From: Pseudomonas phage Pa_WF01
Length of the DNA: 64,000 bases
Sequence record: OQ848593.1
Strand: one strand, 5' to 3'
Under the pieces are notes generated by a model. It did no database searches. It was not told the DNA's origin and saw nothing but the letters and a program-made list of their open reading frames with translations. Shown piece by piece: positions 17,304 to 25,437 of the stretch. How positions within the stretch are numbered: the first letter of the stretch is position 1; each line of letters starts with the position of its first letter. The position numbers and the translations under genes are program-made.

Positions 17304-18305
17304 TCAAGACAGCGCATACTCGCTTTCACGGATCAGTTCAGACAGGTTGTGGATCGACCGGTCGTAGCTGACATGGCTTCCAGTGATCTGGTGAACGATG
17401 TCGTCGAGGACGTTGCTGTCGGCCAGTTCGGCGAAGATGTTGATGTAGTGCTGGCGCATCTCGTTGCAGAAGTTCGGGTGGCACTTGAACTCATCGTGCA
17501 CGGTGACCAGTTCGAAGGGTTCGTGGACCCGCATGGTGTCCCACAGGGCACACAGAGCTTCCAGGTGGTCAGTCTCCAGCTGACGCACGTTGACAGCGTT
17601 GATGTGGTTGAAGATCACTGCATCGACCATGTTGGTGCGGTCGTACAGGTCTTCGTAGACAGCCAGCTTGGCGTCCCTGGCGACCTCGGCTTCGCACTTG
17701 CCAGAGTGACGGTCCATCAGTTCACCCCAAACCAACTGCATTACCTTGGTGATGGCTTCACGATCGTAGTTGCAACGACGGTGCATGGAACGAAGCACGT
17801 AGGCGTCGATGGAGTGGATGATGTTGGCAGCGTTCTTCACAGCACGCTCTACACCGCAGTCCTGCTTGTAGATGTACTCGAAGCTTGCACCATCCATCTC
17901 GTCCACTTCCACCCGAGTCTCGAACACGTCTACCGACTTGACTATGGAGTGGAAGTTGTCCGGCAGCACCCAGGAGTGCTTCATGGCGTAGGGCTGCCAA
18001 GTGTTGATCAGGTCATCCCGCATCTCGTTGGCGATGGGAGCTACCATCTCCACGCCTTGGTAGAAGGCTTCCAGTTCAGGAGTGTCCTCACCGAACAGGT
18101 TCTTCGGCTCAGCCTTCGAGCCATAGAAGTGAGTCATGGTTGCAGTCTTGATGTCCGACCGCTTGATCTCCCCTACCGACTCACCCAGGTGGGTGGAGGC
18201 AGCAGTGGTGACCAGGCTGTAGGCATCCTGACGGAAGCCAGTGTTGATGAGGTTGGTGGCTTGGGCACCAGATTCACAGCCACCCAGGGCCGACATTATC
18301 TGCAT
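17304..18305 (-). CDS. phage RNA polymerase II, C-terminal (catalytic palm) subunit, T7-like, N4 gp16-like
   Basis: Motif B-like MTHFYGSK and motif C VHDEF. 333 aa fits the N4 heterodimeric RNAP II. Confidence 0.7.
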   Translation of the reverse strand: MQIMSALGGCESGAQATNLINTGFRQDAYSLVTTAASTHLGESVGEIKRSDIKTATMTHFYGSKAEPKNLFGEDTPELEAFYQGVEMVAPIANEMRDDLINTWQPYAMKHSWVLPDNFHSIVKSVDVFETRVEVDEMDGASFEYIYKQDCGVERAVKNAANIIHSIDAYVLRSMHRRCNYDREAITKVMQLVWGELMDRHSGKCEAEVARDAKLAVYEDLYDRTNMVDAVIFNHINAVNVRQLETDHLEALCALWDTMRVHEPFELVTVHDEFKCHPNFCNEMRQHYINIFAELADSNVLDDIVHQITGSHVSYDRSIHNLSELIRESEYALS

Positions 18306-18327
18306 CGCTTGTTTTCACAGAAGGTCG

Positions 18328-18996
18328 TTAATCTTCTGCCGTGTCAGCAGGACGTGGGAGATTTCCAAATATCCAACCTTTCAAAGGTTTCGTCGGTGCA
18401 GGTTTGTGCTGATTGCACTCCCGCATGCGATTGGCTATTTGATGTTCCTTAAGTCCCAAAGTAGGTGCTACATCTTTCTTGGTTTGATCGTGGATTTCTA
18501 CGTAAACCCCTTCTGGGGTCACGTAGTACCAAGGCTGGAATGCTGTATTTGAGGTACCAGCATGGCCCTTGTCTTTGCACTTAGTTCCACGAATCTTTTC
18601 AGCCGTCGCTGCATGAGCAACAATCATCGCTGGGGTGCGATTACCACTATAGCGACGGCTGAAAGTTTTACCTGCTTCAGTACGATCCACACTGATGCCT
18701 TTGTTCCAGCTGACGGAACCATGGCAGTCATGCGTTGCAACACGCTGGTTGTACCAGTTGGGTGACGCAACACAGTTGTGTTCTTCGATGTAACTCCGTT
18801 CGAAGTCCATCAACTCTTGGCGAGTATTGAAGGTTCTCAAGATGGTTTTCACAGGCGGGTTGTCTTTTCGGTCCACCGGTAAGCCCCTACCAGATCCGAG
18901 ATACGTGGTATCTAATTCTGGCGGTAGCTTGCACGAGCGGGCACCTATGTAGTACATCCCGTCTGCGAAAGTAAGCAAGTAAGCGTAGTGGTTCAT
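18328..18996 (-). CDS. GIY-YIG homing endonuclease
   Basis: YAYLLTFADGMYYIGARS..YLGSG with a downstream R/E/N set. ATG preceded by AGGAGGTCAC. Located in a low-GC stretch. Confidence 0.7.
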   Translation of the reverse strand: MNHYAYLLTFADGMYYIGARSCKLPPELDTTYLGSGRGLPVDRKDNPPVKTILRTFNTRQELMDFERSYIEEHNCVASPNWYNQRVATHDCHGSVSWNKGISVDRTEAGKTFSRRYSGNRTPAMIVAHAATAEKIRGTKCKDKGHAGTSNTAFQPWYYVTPEGVYVEIHDQTKKDVAPTLGLKEHQIANRMRECNQHKPAPTKPLKGWIFGNLPRPADTAED

Positions 18997-19302
18997 GTGA
19001 CCTCCTAGTTGTTCTGGAGTGCATATGTTACCACGCCCTACTGACACTGCTGTGAATTTCTCCACAGGCAAGACTATATCTTCACCCCAGAAGGGTGCTT
19101 CCCATTTCCACCCACTTGGGTGTACGGCCTAAGCCTAGTCGTTGAACCTTCTCCCATACGGAGCTTGGCTGCTGATTGCCCAATCCACACACTTTTCAAA
19201 CCTTCGCTTTGCCTTTCGGCTCGCAGTGGTAGCGTGGCTCTAAGGGGTTCCCAGCAATTAAGGAAGTGATCGACATGGATTGCTCCATGAAGGGGCTAGA
19301 AA

Positions 19303-19545
19303 TCAACCCGAGCAGCAGGCATCCAGCCCTACGAGGTGGCCAACAGGCTCACCACGCTGAGCAGCACGGATGGCCATGACAGCCTTGAGGTACTGCGGTC
19401 GAGTCTTCTCGTTGCACTCCAGATTCTCCAGGTTGTCGAAGTTGTCGTAGCACCATTGGATGCGCTGTTCGAAGAGCCATTTGTCATGGCCCATTTGGTT
19501 TGCAGCGTCGATCAGAAGGTATTCGAAAGCGGTGTAAGGGGTCAT
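19303..19545 (-). CDS. hypothetical protein
   Basis: 80-aa ORF on the low-GC island. Confidence 0.4.
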   Translation of the reverse strand: MTPYTAFEYLLIDAANQMGHDKWLFEQRIQWCYDNFDNLENLECNEKTRPQYLKAVMAIRAAQRGEPVGHLVGLDACCSG

Positions 19546-19579
19546 GGTTGAGTTCCCATTAAACGAAGGTTGGTTATTA

Positions 19580-19864
19580 CTAGAGGCCGTATACGGTCAA
19601 CAGTGCTTGAAGTTCTTTAGGTATATCTTGGGTATACACCACAGGTGTAAGGTTCCCGGAATTGTCATCAGGTCCAAAGTAGAACCAGTAAGTAGTACTT
19701 CCATACTGCACAGACAGTCTGAGTAACACTAATTCACGCTTCAATTCTCCTTTCAGGTTGGCTTGATAGTGTGCTTGGTCTGACACTAGCCTGCTGTTTT
19801 CATCCGCGAACAGCTGCCACTCACCTTCCACGGTCCAAGCTGCTATGTTCAATGGTTTGCTCAT
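19580..19864 (-). CDS. hypothetical protein
   Basis: 94-aa ORF on the low-GC island. Confidence 0.4.
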   Translation of the reverse strand: MSKPLNIAAWTVEGEWQLFADENSRLVSDQAHYQANLKGELKRELVLLRLSVQYGSTTYWFYFGPDDNSGNLTPVVYTQDIPKELQALLTVYGL

Positions 19865-20138
19865 CGAGATCTATACCCCATATAACAGCCATGCCTATTA
19901 ATACAGCCGGCGGTTTGGTTAGCCTACTCCAGTCACTGATGTAAGTACCACCGCCTTTTACTTTGGTGGCCCACTTATACCTGAAAGAGCCTTTGTCACT
20001 GATGTAGCGGACTACCTTATTACCCTTTTCTATGTGCTGTATGGTTGCTTTCTCCCATGCTTGTTCTTTGTATCTTGAATCTGAGTACTCTTCGTAGTTC
20101 CAGCAATCACCGTCATGAATGAACAGGTACACAGCCAT
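19821..20138 (-). CDS. hypothetical protein, shares a C-terminal IIWG(I/L)D motif with the next gene
   Basis: 105-aa ORF. Shared C-terminal motif suggests paralogy with 20144..20419. Confidence 0.4.
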   Translation of the reverse strand: MAVYLFIHDGDCWNYEEYSDSRYKEQAWEKATIQHIEKGNKVVRYISDKGSFRYKWATKVKGGGTYISDWSRLTKPPAVLIGMAVIWGIDLDEQTIEHSSLDRGR

Positions 20139-20143
20139 CGGTT

Positions 20144-20419
20144 TTACCTCAGTAGTCTATCGAGTCCCCAGATTATTATCATTGCCTTGAGTTCTTCTGG
20201 TAGTTCATGGAAGCTTTCAAGCTTGTTCCTTTCAGTCATCGTAACCTTGTACCAGCTATTAGAAGCCAAGTAATTGAAGGTTATACAGTTATATCTTCGA
20301 TCTTCTTTGGTTGGATCAATGAAATCCCCAACCAGATCCAATATCGAACTGTGAACCGTGTAGGCCCAAATACCGTCCTTCTCCTGAAACGAATAGTGTG
20401 ACATTAATAACTCCTTCAT
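20144..20419 (-). CDS. hypothetical protein, paralog-like of 19821..20138
   Basis: 91-aa ORF whose C-terminus reads AMIIIWGLD. Confidence 0.4.
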   Translation of the reverse strand: MKELLMSHYSFQEKDGIWAYTVHSSILDLVGDFIDPTKEDRRYNCITFNYLASNSWYKVTMTERNKLESFHELPEELKAMIIIWGLDRLLR

Positions 20420-21348
20420 TTGATCTTCAAGTGTTCGGGTACACCAGTGACTACCTTCTTGTTGGCCAAGTCGAGCATGGCTTTCTTGTAAGGAGACCCC
20501 TGGGTACTGATGTGGTAGCCCTGTGCATACACACGACCGCGCTTGTCGTACTTGTGCAGGAGATAGAACCGATTACCTTGCTGAACCATAAGCTTGTACA
20601 TCTCATGCGACTCAGAGACGAACCTGTACCAGTCGTCTTTCTTGTCCTGCGTATCCAAGTACTTGTGGGACTCTTCTTCTACGGTGCTCAAGAACTCAGT
20701 GTTCAGGCACAACTCAACAGCGTTCATCTTGTCCAGCACATCGAGACAGATGTCTTCGTTGTGGTGGTTGTTGTTCAGGATAAGGGATTCCTTCTCCAGA
20801 GTAAGATGAAGTTTCGACTTGTTCCCAGTGAGCTTGGATGGTTTGCACACCATAGGAGGAAGGTACATAGCTCGCTCAACAGCATGTTGAAGCTTCTCCG
20901 GTAGTTGAATGTTAGAGATGACCTTGTATGTACCATACTTGGACACCTGCTCAATGTCGTACACGTCAAGCTCAGCCAGCACTGCAACCATCTCAGCGAT
21001 GGTCTTGATGCTGTCAGCCTTGTCGTCGAAGCCAAGTACACCAGCTAGCTTGGCTGTGAAGCTGATGAACATGTCCGGTACCTGACAGTACGCAGACGCT
21101 ACGATAATCTCGAACACAATGTGCTCAAGGTCCAGGTTACGAACAGTCTCCATACGAAGGTTCTTGGAGGCATAGCTGTACTCAGTGGTGCGATACTTCT
21201 CCAACAGTGCTATTCCCTGCTCCATCAGTGCAGGAAGGTCTTCGTCACCGCGAATGAACTCACGGATGTACCCGTCAATGTGCGCCCGAGCAAAGCGGTA
21301 CTCATTGGCGCGTTGCATATCTTCGGGCAGCATGTGGGTAATGGTCAT
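20416..21348 (-). CDS. phage RNA polymerase II, N-terminal subunit, T7-like, N4 gp15-like
   Basis: Block DKRGRVYAQGYHISTQGSPYKKAMLDLA matches T7 RNAP DWRGRVYAVSMFNPQGNDMTKGLLTLA. ATG at MTITHM, preceded by AAGGAATCGTTCC. Confidence 0.7.
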   Translation of the reverse strand: MTITHMLPEDMQRANEYRFARAHIDGYIREFIRGDEDLPALMEQGIALLEKYRTTEYSYASKNLRMETVRNLDLEHIVFEIIVASAYCQVPDMFISFTAKLAGVLGFDDKADSIKTIAEMVAVLAELDVYDIEQVSKYGTYKVISNIQLPEKLQHAVERAMYLPPMVCKPSKLTGNKSKLHLTLEKESLILNNNHHNEDICLDVLDKMNAVELCLNTEFLSTVEEESHKYLDTQDKKDDWYRFVSESHEMYKLMVQQGNRFYLLHKYDKRGRVYAQGYHISTQGSPYKKAMLDLANKKVVTGVPEHLKIK

Positions 21349-21359
21349 GGAACGATTCC

Positions 21360-21710
21360 TTAATCGAACAGAAGTGATTGGGCGATGATCTCTCGTGGCA
21401 CTAGCTTCTCTGAAATAGGTGAGAAGAGTCCGTTGTAGCCGTGCCACTGGCCTTTGTACTTGACGTAGACCTGGGTGAACGGATCAATGTAGCTCCTGAT
21501 ACGGGTATGTATGATCCCAGTAGCCACATTGATCATCTCTTTACGGGTCACCTTCTCTGTCAGACCATCAAAGATGTACAGGAAGGTCTCTCCCTTCTGT
21601 AGGGACAATTGCACCGACATGGTTCTGTAGTTGTCCGCTAGTTTTTGCTCCATCTTCTGCATGTCGATGGTGACTTTCTGCGATCCTCGTAGACCCTTCT
21701 CTACTCTCAT
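21360..21710 (-). CDS. hypothetical protein
   Basis: Start MRVEKG, preceded by GAAGGAGTTCTACGC. Confidence 0.4.
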   Translation of the reverse strand: MRVEKGLRGSQKVTIDMQKMEQKLADNYRTMSVQLSLQKGETFLYIFDGLTEKVTRKEMINVATGIIHTRIRSYIDPFTQVYVKYKGQWHGYNGLFSPISEKLVPREIIAQSLLFD

Positions 21711-21742
21711 GCGTAGAACTCCTTCGATGTGAAGCCATCCCT

Positions 21743-22183
21743 TTAGGGACGGCTCCAGATGGTTACGTTGTCCGGCAGACGGGCAAGGATGTCCTTGATC
21801 AGCCACCAGGGTTCACCTTGTCCAGGCTGCTCCAGATGGTACTGACGGGTTGGGTTCTCCTGTGCACGCCACATCAGCTGGGTGGTGCTGGTGCTGACAC
21901 ACCCCAGGTCAGTCGGATCACGGTAGTGACGCCTGTCCTGGAACACACCTACCTTGGATTGGCAGCGGCACCCGAAGATGCCACCAGCCCCTCCATTCTC
22001 AGCGATGTACTGCCCCACGCTGGTCTGAATACCAGCATCGGGGAAGCGGGCTACCAGTTCAGCAGCCATACCAGCAGTCATGACTACTGCCCCGGTGGAG
22101 GTGATGGTGCTGTTGCTCAGCACGATGAAGTGATCAGCCTTGTCGAAGGCTTCCCACATGTTCCCTACTACGAACTGTGGCAT
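21743..22183 (-). CDS. macro-domain-like protein (putative ADP-ribose binding/processing)
   Basis: GNMWEAFDKADHFIVLSNSTITSTGAVVMTAGMAAEL parallels the macro block GDIT..DAIVNAAN..L..GGGV..AI..AG. Divergent; not searched against a database. Confidence 0.4.
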   Translation of the reverse strand: MPQFVVGNMWEAFDKADHFIVLSNSTITSTGAVVMTAGMAAELVARFPDAGIQTSVGQYIAENGGAGGIFGCRCQSKVGVFQDRRHYRDPTDLGCVSTSTTQLMWRAQENPTRQYHLEQPGQGEPWWLIKDILARLPDNVTIWSRP

Positions 22184-22434
22184 TACAGGAGATCCCCCAT
22201 GCGGATGATTCCATCACAGCAGTCAGGGGACTGCTTGGTCAGGACGATGTGGTTGTTGACGTGGCTGTACTGGAACATCCAGCGGTGACCCTCATCTTGG
22301 TCGAGTACGGTCAGCTGCTTGAGCAGATGCTTCAGCTGCACTTCACGCAGTGCGTCGATGAGAGTATCCCCGTCGGCAACGAACAGTCCGTTCTCATCAC
22401 GGATCACTACACGCTTCAGATAGGTACGAGTCAT
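22183..22434 (-). CDS. hypothetical protein
   Basis: Start overlaps the upstream stop. 83 aa. Confidence 0.4.
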   Translation of the reverse strand: MTRTYLKRVVIRDENGLFVADGDTLIDALREVQLKHLLKQLTVLDQDEGHRWMFQYSHVNNHIVLTKQSPDCCDGIIRMGDLL

Positions 22435-22835
22435 TACATAGTCCCCCAGTACTTGGTGGTTGGTTTGAGCCAGGAAGTCCAAGCAGTGTCGAAGTAGCAG
22501 TTGTCGGGTGCATCCCTGAACAGCGGAGCTATCTCGCTGTCCTTGAAGCCAGCAAGCCCACAGCCAATGCGTGTCACCTGGAAGCGCATGTAGAAGTGCT
22601 CCCTGGCGAAGTCCATGAACCGTTGTGCGGCCTGGGCTACGTCACTGATGGGGCAGGTGACCAACAGCCCCTTCTGTCCACGGTGCTTGGTGGGCAGGGC
22701 ATAAGCCATACCAGTCGGCCCCTCACCCACGCCAAGCTCAGCACCCTTGTTTAAGCGAGCGTACTTGGCTGCACCTGCCCCATGGATGCCAGCGGTGTTA
22801 CTGCCAAACACGAAGATCATTTGGTTGGTGTCCAT
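22434..22835 (-). CDS. SLOG/DprA-LOG-like Rossmann-fold nucleotide-binding protein (putative)
   Basis: N-terminal IFVFGSNTAGIHGAGAAKYA resembles the beta-strand/Gly-loop/helix signature of DprA/LOG/SLOG families. Confidence 0.35.
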   Translation of the reverse strand: MDTNQMIFVFGSNTAGIHGAGAAKYARLNKGAELGVGEGPTGMAYALPTKHRGQKGLLVTCPISDVAQAAQRFMDFAREHFYMRFQVTRIGCGLAGFKDSEIAPLFRDAPDNCYFDTAWTSWLKPTTKYWGTM

Positions 22836-23128
22836 CAGTTGAAGCCTCCGAACTTGTTACGTGGGCCTTTGCCCAGGTGGTTGGTTTCATGGTTTCGCAG
22901 CGGCATCTCCCACTTGGGACAACGCTTGGACTTCTTCACCGGCTTGGGCAGTTGGTCCATAATGTGGGCCATCACCCGTTCTTCCAGCACGGTCATGTCT
23001 ATGTACACCGTGTCTATCCTTCTGCCGGAATACTTGCGTACTTCCAGGTGCTTGGTCAGGTACTCACGGTCCATGACCAGACGACCAGTTGGAGTACCCC
23101 CACAGGGTGTTTTAGGGTCAGTTGGCAT
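22835..23128 (-). CDS. hypothetical protein with basic Cys-containing C-terminus
   Basis: GGAGAAACTAT precedes the ATG. Confidence 0.4.
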   Translation of the reverse strand: MPTDPKTPCGGTPTGRLVMDREYLTKHLEVRKYSGRRIDTVYIDMTVLEERVMAHIMDQLPKPVKKSKRCPKWEMPLRNHETNHLGKGPRNKFGGFN

Positions 23129-23201
23129 ATAGTTTCTCCAGCCGAAAAGTGCCGATTCCAGACTTTTACTTCATCGTCAGGAAACCAGATGAGTTTCATT
23201 G

Positions 23202-23213
23202 GTTTGATCAAAC
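23202..23213. promoter_or_regulatory. perfect 12-bp palindrome GTTTGATCAAAC (contains GATC) in the intergenic region upstream of 22835..23128
   Basis: Direct reading. Confidence 0.4.
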
Positions 23214-23258
23214 TGACCAGCTTGGGCGGTCCTCTCGACTGACCCAAACCGATAGTCT

Positions 23259-23304
23259 AAAAAAGCAGCCCACACCCTACTCAGGATCGAGTGAGGGTGT
23301 GGGC
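23259..23304 (-). terminator. intrinsic terminator: 11-bp stem GCCCACACCCT/AGGGTGTGGGC plus T6 on the - strand
   Basis: Lies directly after the stop of 23313..23603. Confidence 0.6.
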
Positions 23305-23312
23305 GGACGCTC

Positions 23313-23603
23313 TTACAGGTCCAGCTGAAGCTCGGACTTGTCACGCACGACGCGGAAGGACAGGATCAGGCGCGAGCGCAGGTTCTCGATGCGCTTGACC
23401 AGATCCTTGTCGTCCTTGGCTTCGGCCAGGTACTCGTGCAGCTGTGCTTCGACGGCTTCGCTCAGGCGCAGCGGAATGCCATTGCCCAGGCGAACCGGAT
23501 CACCGCCACGGGTGCCGATGGAGATGTTGATGAAGCTGGCAGCACGGGTGTCGTCGGACTGAGCAGCGGTGTTGGTACGAGCGTTGGATTTCTTGAGTGC
23601 CAT
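23313..23603 (-). CDS. hypothetical early protein in an isolated transcription unit
   Basis: 96-aa ORF bracketed by a hairpin upstream and a strong terminator downstream. Confidence 0.45.
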   Translation of the reverse strand: MALKKSNARTNTAAQSDDTRAASFINISIGTRGGDPVRLGNGIPLRLSEAVEAQLHEYLAEAKDDKDLVKRIENLRSRLILSFRVVRDKSELQLDL

Positions 23604-23694
23604 GATTCAGGTTCCTTGTAGGGAGAGGTAGTAGATTCAGATCAGAAGTGGTTCAGCCAGAAGGCCATTACACAGGCGTAGCCTGCTCTTGCTC

Positions 23695-23880
23695 TTACAC
23701 CCAATGGGGTTCGTCGGACAGATCTTTGTCCCAGTCAGCCCAGTGGTTCAGCACGTCTTCTTCAGTCACCGCAGACATGCCAATGGCATGCAGTTCGCGT
23801 GCAACGCTCTCGGCGTCCAGGCATTCACGATAGCCACGGTCGAGGATGGAGGTAGCTTTGCGGGTGTTCAGAACGATCAT
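23695..23880 (-). CDS. hypothetical protein (61 aa)
   Basis: Start MIVLN, preceded by TTAGGAATTTCATC. Confidence 0.35.
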   Translation of the reverse strand: MIVLNTRKATSILDRGYRECLDAESVARELHAIGMSAVTEEDVLNHWADWDKDLSDEPHWV

Positions 23881-23952
23881 GATGAAATTCCTAAGTAAAC
23901 AGTGAGTTGAGATGGTTTGGATTACCACCCCATGGCCGTAGGCCATGAGTAC

Positions 23953-24174
23953 TTACAGCAGACCAACCAAGTTGAAGAAGATGCACACTGCCCCAATCAG
24001 GGCGAACATCCCAGAGAAGGTCAGTACGTGCATCACAAGGATGTCGATCACCAGACCCATCCAGGTCTGTTGCATGGTGTAGTTGTTGCTGGACCACTTC
24101 ATGTAGCCGTTCAGGACGGCCACAGACGAAGCTATGTACAGGCACAACAGGATGAGGATTTCTACGTCAGTCAC
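23953..24174 (-). CDS. small membrane protein
   Basis: GTG start overlaps the upstream TGA (GTGA) and is preceded by GGAGGTTTGCT. Confidence 0.45.
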   Translation of the reverse strand: MTDVEILILLCLYIASSVAVLNGYMKWSSNNYTMQQTWMGLVIDILVMHVLTFSGMFALIGAVCIFFNLVGLL

Positions 24175-24404
24175 AGCAAACCTCCAGCGAAGAAGATGAA
24201 GAGGGGACCACAGCCTGCGAACAGCAGGCCCAGGCCACAGATAGCAATGATCCAGGCATGGGTTCTCTGTATGCACAGGTCATGGCGACGGGAGACACTC
24301 AGGGGAAACCTGAGCATCTCGTTGATCACCCACTGCCTGTGCAGGCCGATCACCAGCATGGACAGACCAACAGCGAACAGCAGGAACATGATGAGTACGA
24401 TCAC
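24171..24404 (-). CDS. small membrane protein
   Basis: GTG start overlaps the upstream TGA and is preceded by GGGGGAATACCT. Confidence 0.45.
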   Translation of the reverse strand: MIVLIMFLLFAVGLSMLVIGLHRQWVINEMLRFPLSVSRRHDLCIQRTHAWIIAICGLGLLFAGCGPLFIFFAGGLL

Positions 24405-24619
24405 AGGTATTCCCCCACGAGGAAGAAGAGGTAGGCACACACCCAGGTAGCCACTCCGTACAGGACGGTAGCTACCGCAGCGGTACCACGGTTACCACGA
24501 CCGGTCTCACAGCGTACCCAGGTCTCCGCAGCCCATACGAGCATGCGGAGGAAGGACAACACAGTGGGAACGACCAGCAGCAGTACGGCGATGACGGCCA
24601 ACAGTTGAACGATGGTCAT
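24401..24619 (-). CDS. small membrane protein
   Basis: Start MTIVQLLAV, preceded by AAGGAGTCCATC. Confidence 0.45.
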   Translation of the reverse strand: MTIVQLLAVIAVLLLVVPTVLSFLRMLVWAAETWVRCETGRGNRGTAAVATVLYGVATWVCAYLFFLVGEYL

Positions 24620-24638
24620 GATGGACTCCTTGGTTTTA

Positions 24639-24842
24639 CTAGGCGACGTGGAAGAGGAAGTTGATTGCAGTGACCCAGACAGCTGCCCAGAACACGTTCC
24701 AGACAAGACCTACTACGGCAGCTACCTTCTCTGCCCCTGGCAGTAGGAACAGTGCACCGAAGGAGGCCAGAGAGGCCAGGCACTTGACCATGAAGAAGTA
24801 GGCACAGATGGCGATGAGGACGAAGCAAGCGATAGCTACCAT
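24639..24842 (-). CDS. small membrane protein
   Basis: 67 aa, almost entirely hydrophobic. Confidence 0.45.
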   Translation of the reverse strand: MVAIACFVLIAICAYFFMVKCLASLASFGALFLLPGAEKVAAVVGLVWNVFWAAVWVTAINFLFHVA

Positions 24843-24845
24843 GAG

Positions 24846-25142
24846 TTAGATCTCCAGGGTTGTTGGTTTGGTTTTGAGACGGTTGGTGCAGGCACCAGGA
24901 AGGTCTTTGTTGACCTCTGTCCAATGCCAGTGCTTGAGGTTGAGCCGACGACGCTGAAGGATCGCAGTCTTCAGGCTCTTGGCGGTGTACTCATCACCAC
25001 ACATGACTACGTGGGTGAGTACAGTGTTCGGGCAGTCCATGTTGATCAAGGTCACCCGTACACGGAAGCCAGTCAGCTTTCCAGTAGTAGGGATGATCTT
25101 GATGTCGAATAGACGGCCAGTGAGATTAAGGTTGGTGCTCAT
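24846..25142 (-). CDS. hypothetical protein (98 aa)
   Basis: Start MSTNLNL, preceded by AAAAGGAACACCC. The longer ORF-track N-terminus is low-complexity and lacks an RBS. Confidence 0.45.
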   Translation of the reverse strand: MSTNLNLTGRLFDIKIIPTTGKLTGFRVRVTLINMDCPNTVLTHVVMCGDEYTAKSLKTAILQRRRLNLKHWHWTEVNKDLPGACTNRLKTKPTTLEI

Positions 25143-25434
25143 GGGTGTTCCTTTTGATGAGGTCGTAGTAGGCCCAGGCATAGAACTGAACCCAGTTCTC
25201 TTCTGAGTCGTCCAAGCCCGCTCGTTCCAGTAGGCCGAGTACAGAGTCAGATCCGCGGAAGTGCAGTTTCTCCCACAACCAGTTCTTGAAGGACCGGTAC
25301 TCATCCCAAGTGATTGGAGGGCCAACTACCACTCCATTTGCCAGGTCACTCAGGACGAAACACATGTAAGTTTCCCCTCTGTTGGCTTGTTGCCATTCCA
25401 GGCCAATCTTGATCAGTTCAGCAATGGTTCTCAT
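25126..25434 (-). CDS. hypothetical protein
   Basis: 102-aa ORF. Confidence 0.45.
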   Translation of the reverse strand: MRTIAELIKIGLEWQQANRGETYMCFVLSDLANGVVVGPPITWDEYRSFKNWLWEKLHFRGSDSVLGLLERAGLDDSEENWVQFYAWAYYDLIKRNTHEHQP

Positions 25435-25437
25435 GGA

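Larger units (their letters stand above)
18328..20419 (-). mobile_element. low-GC island with GIY-YIG homing endonuclease and four small ORFs, inserted between the two RNAP II subunit genes
   Basis: GC drops to the low 40s %. In N4 the two RNAP II subunit genes are adjacent. Confidence 0.45.

Noticed and set aside
17349-18452. 367-aa + strand ORF
   Set aside because: Antisense to the RNAP II catalytic subunit gene.
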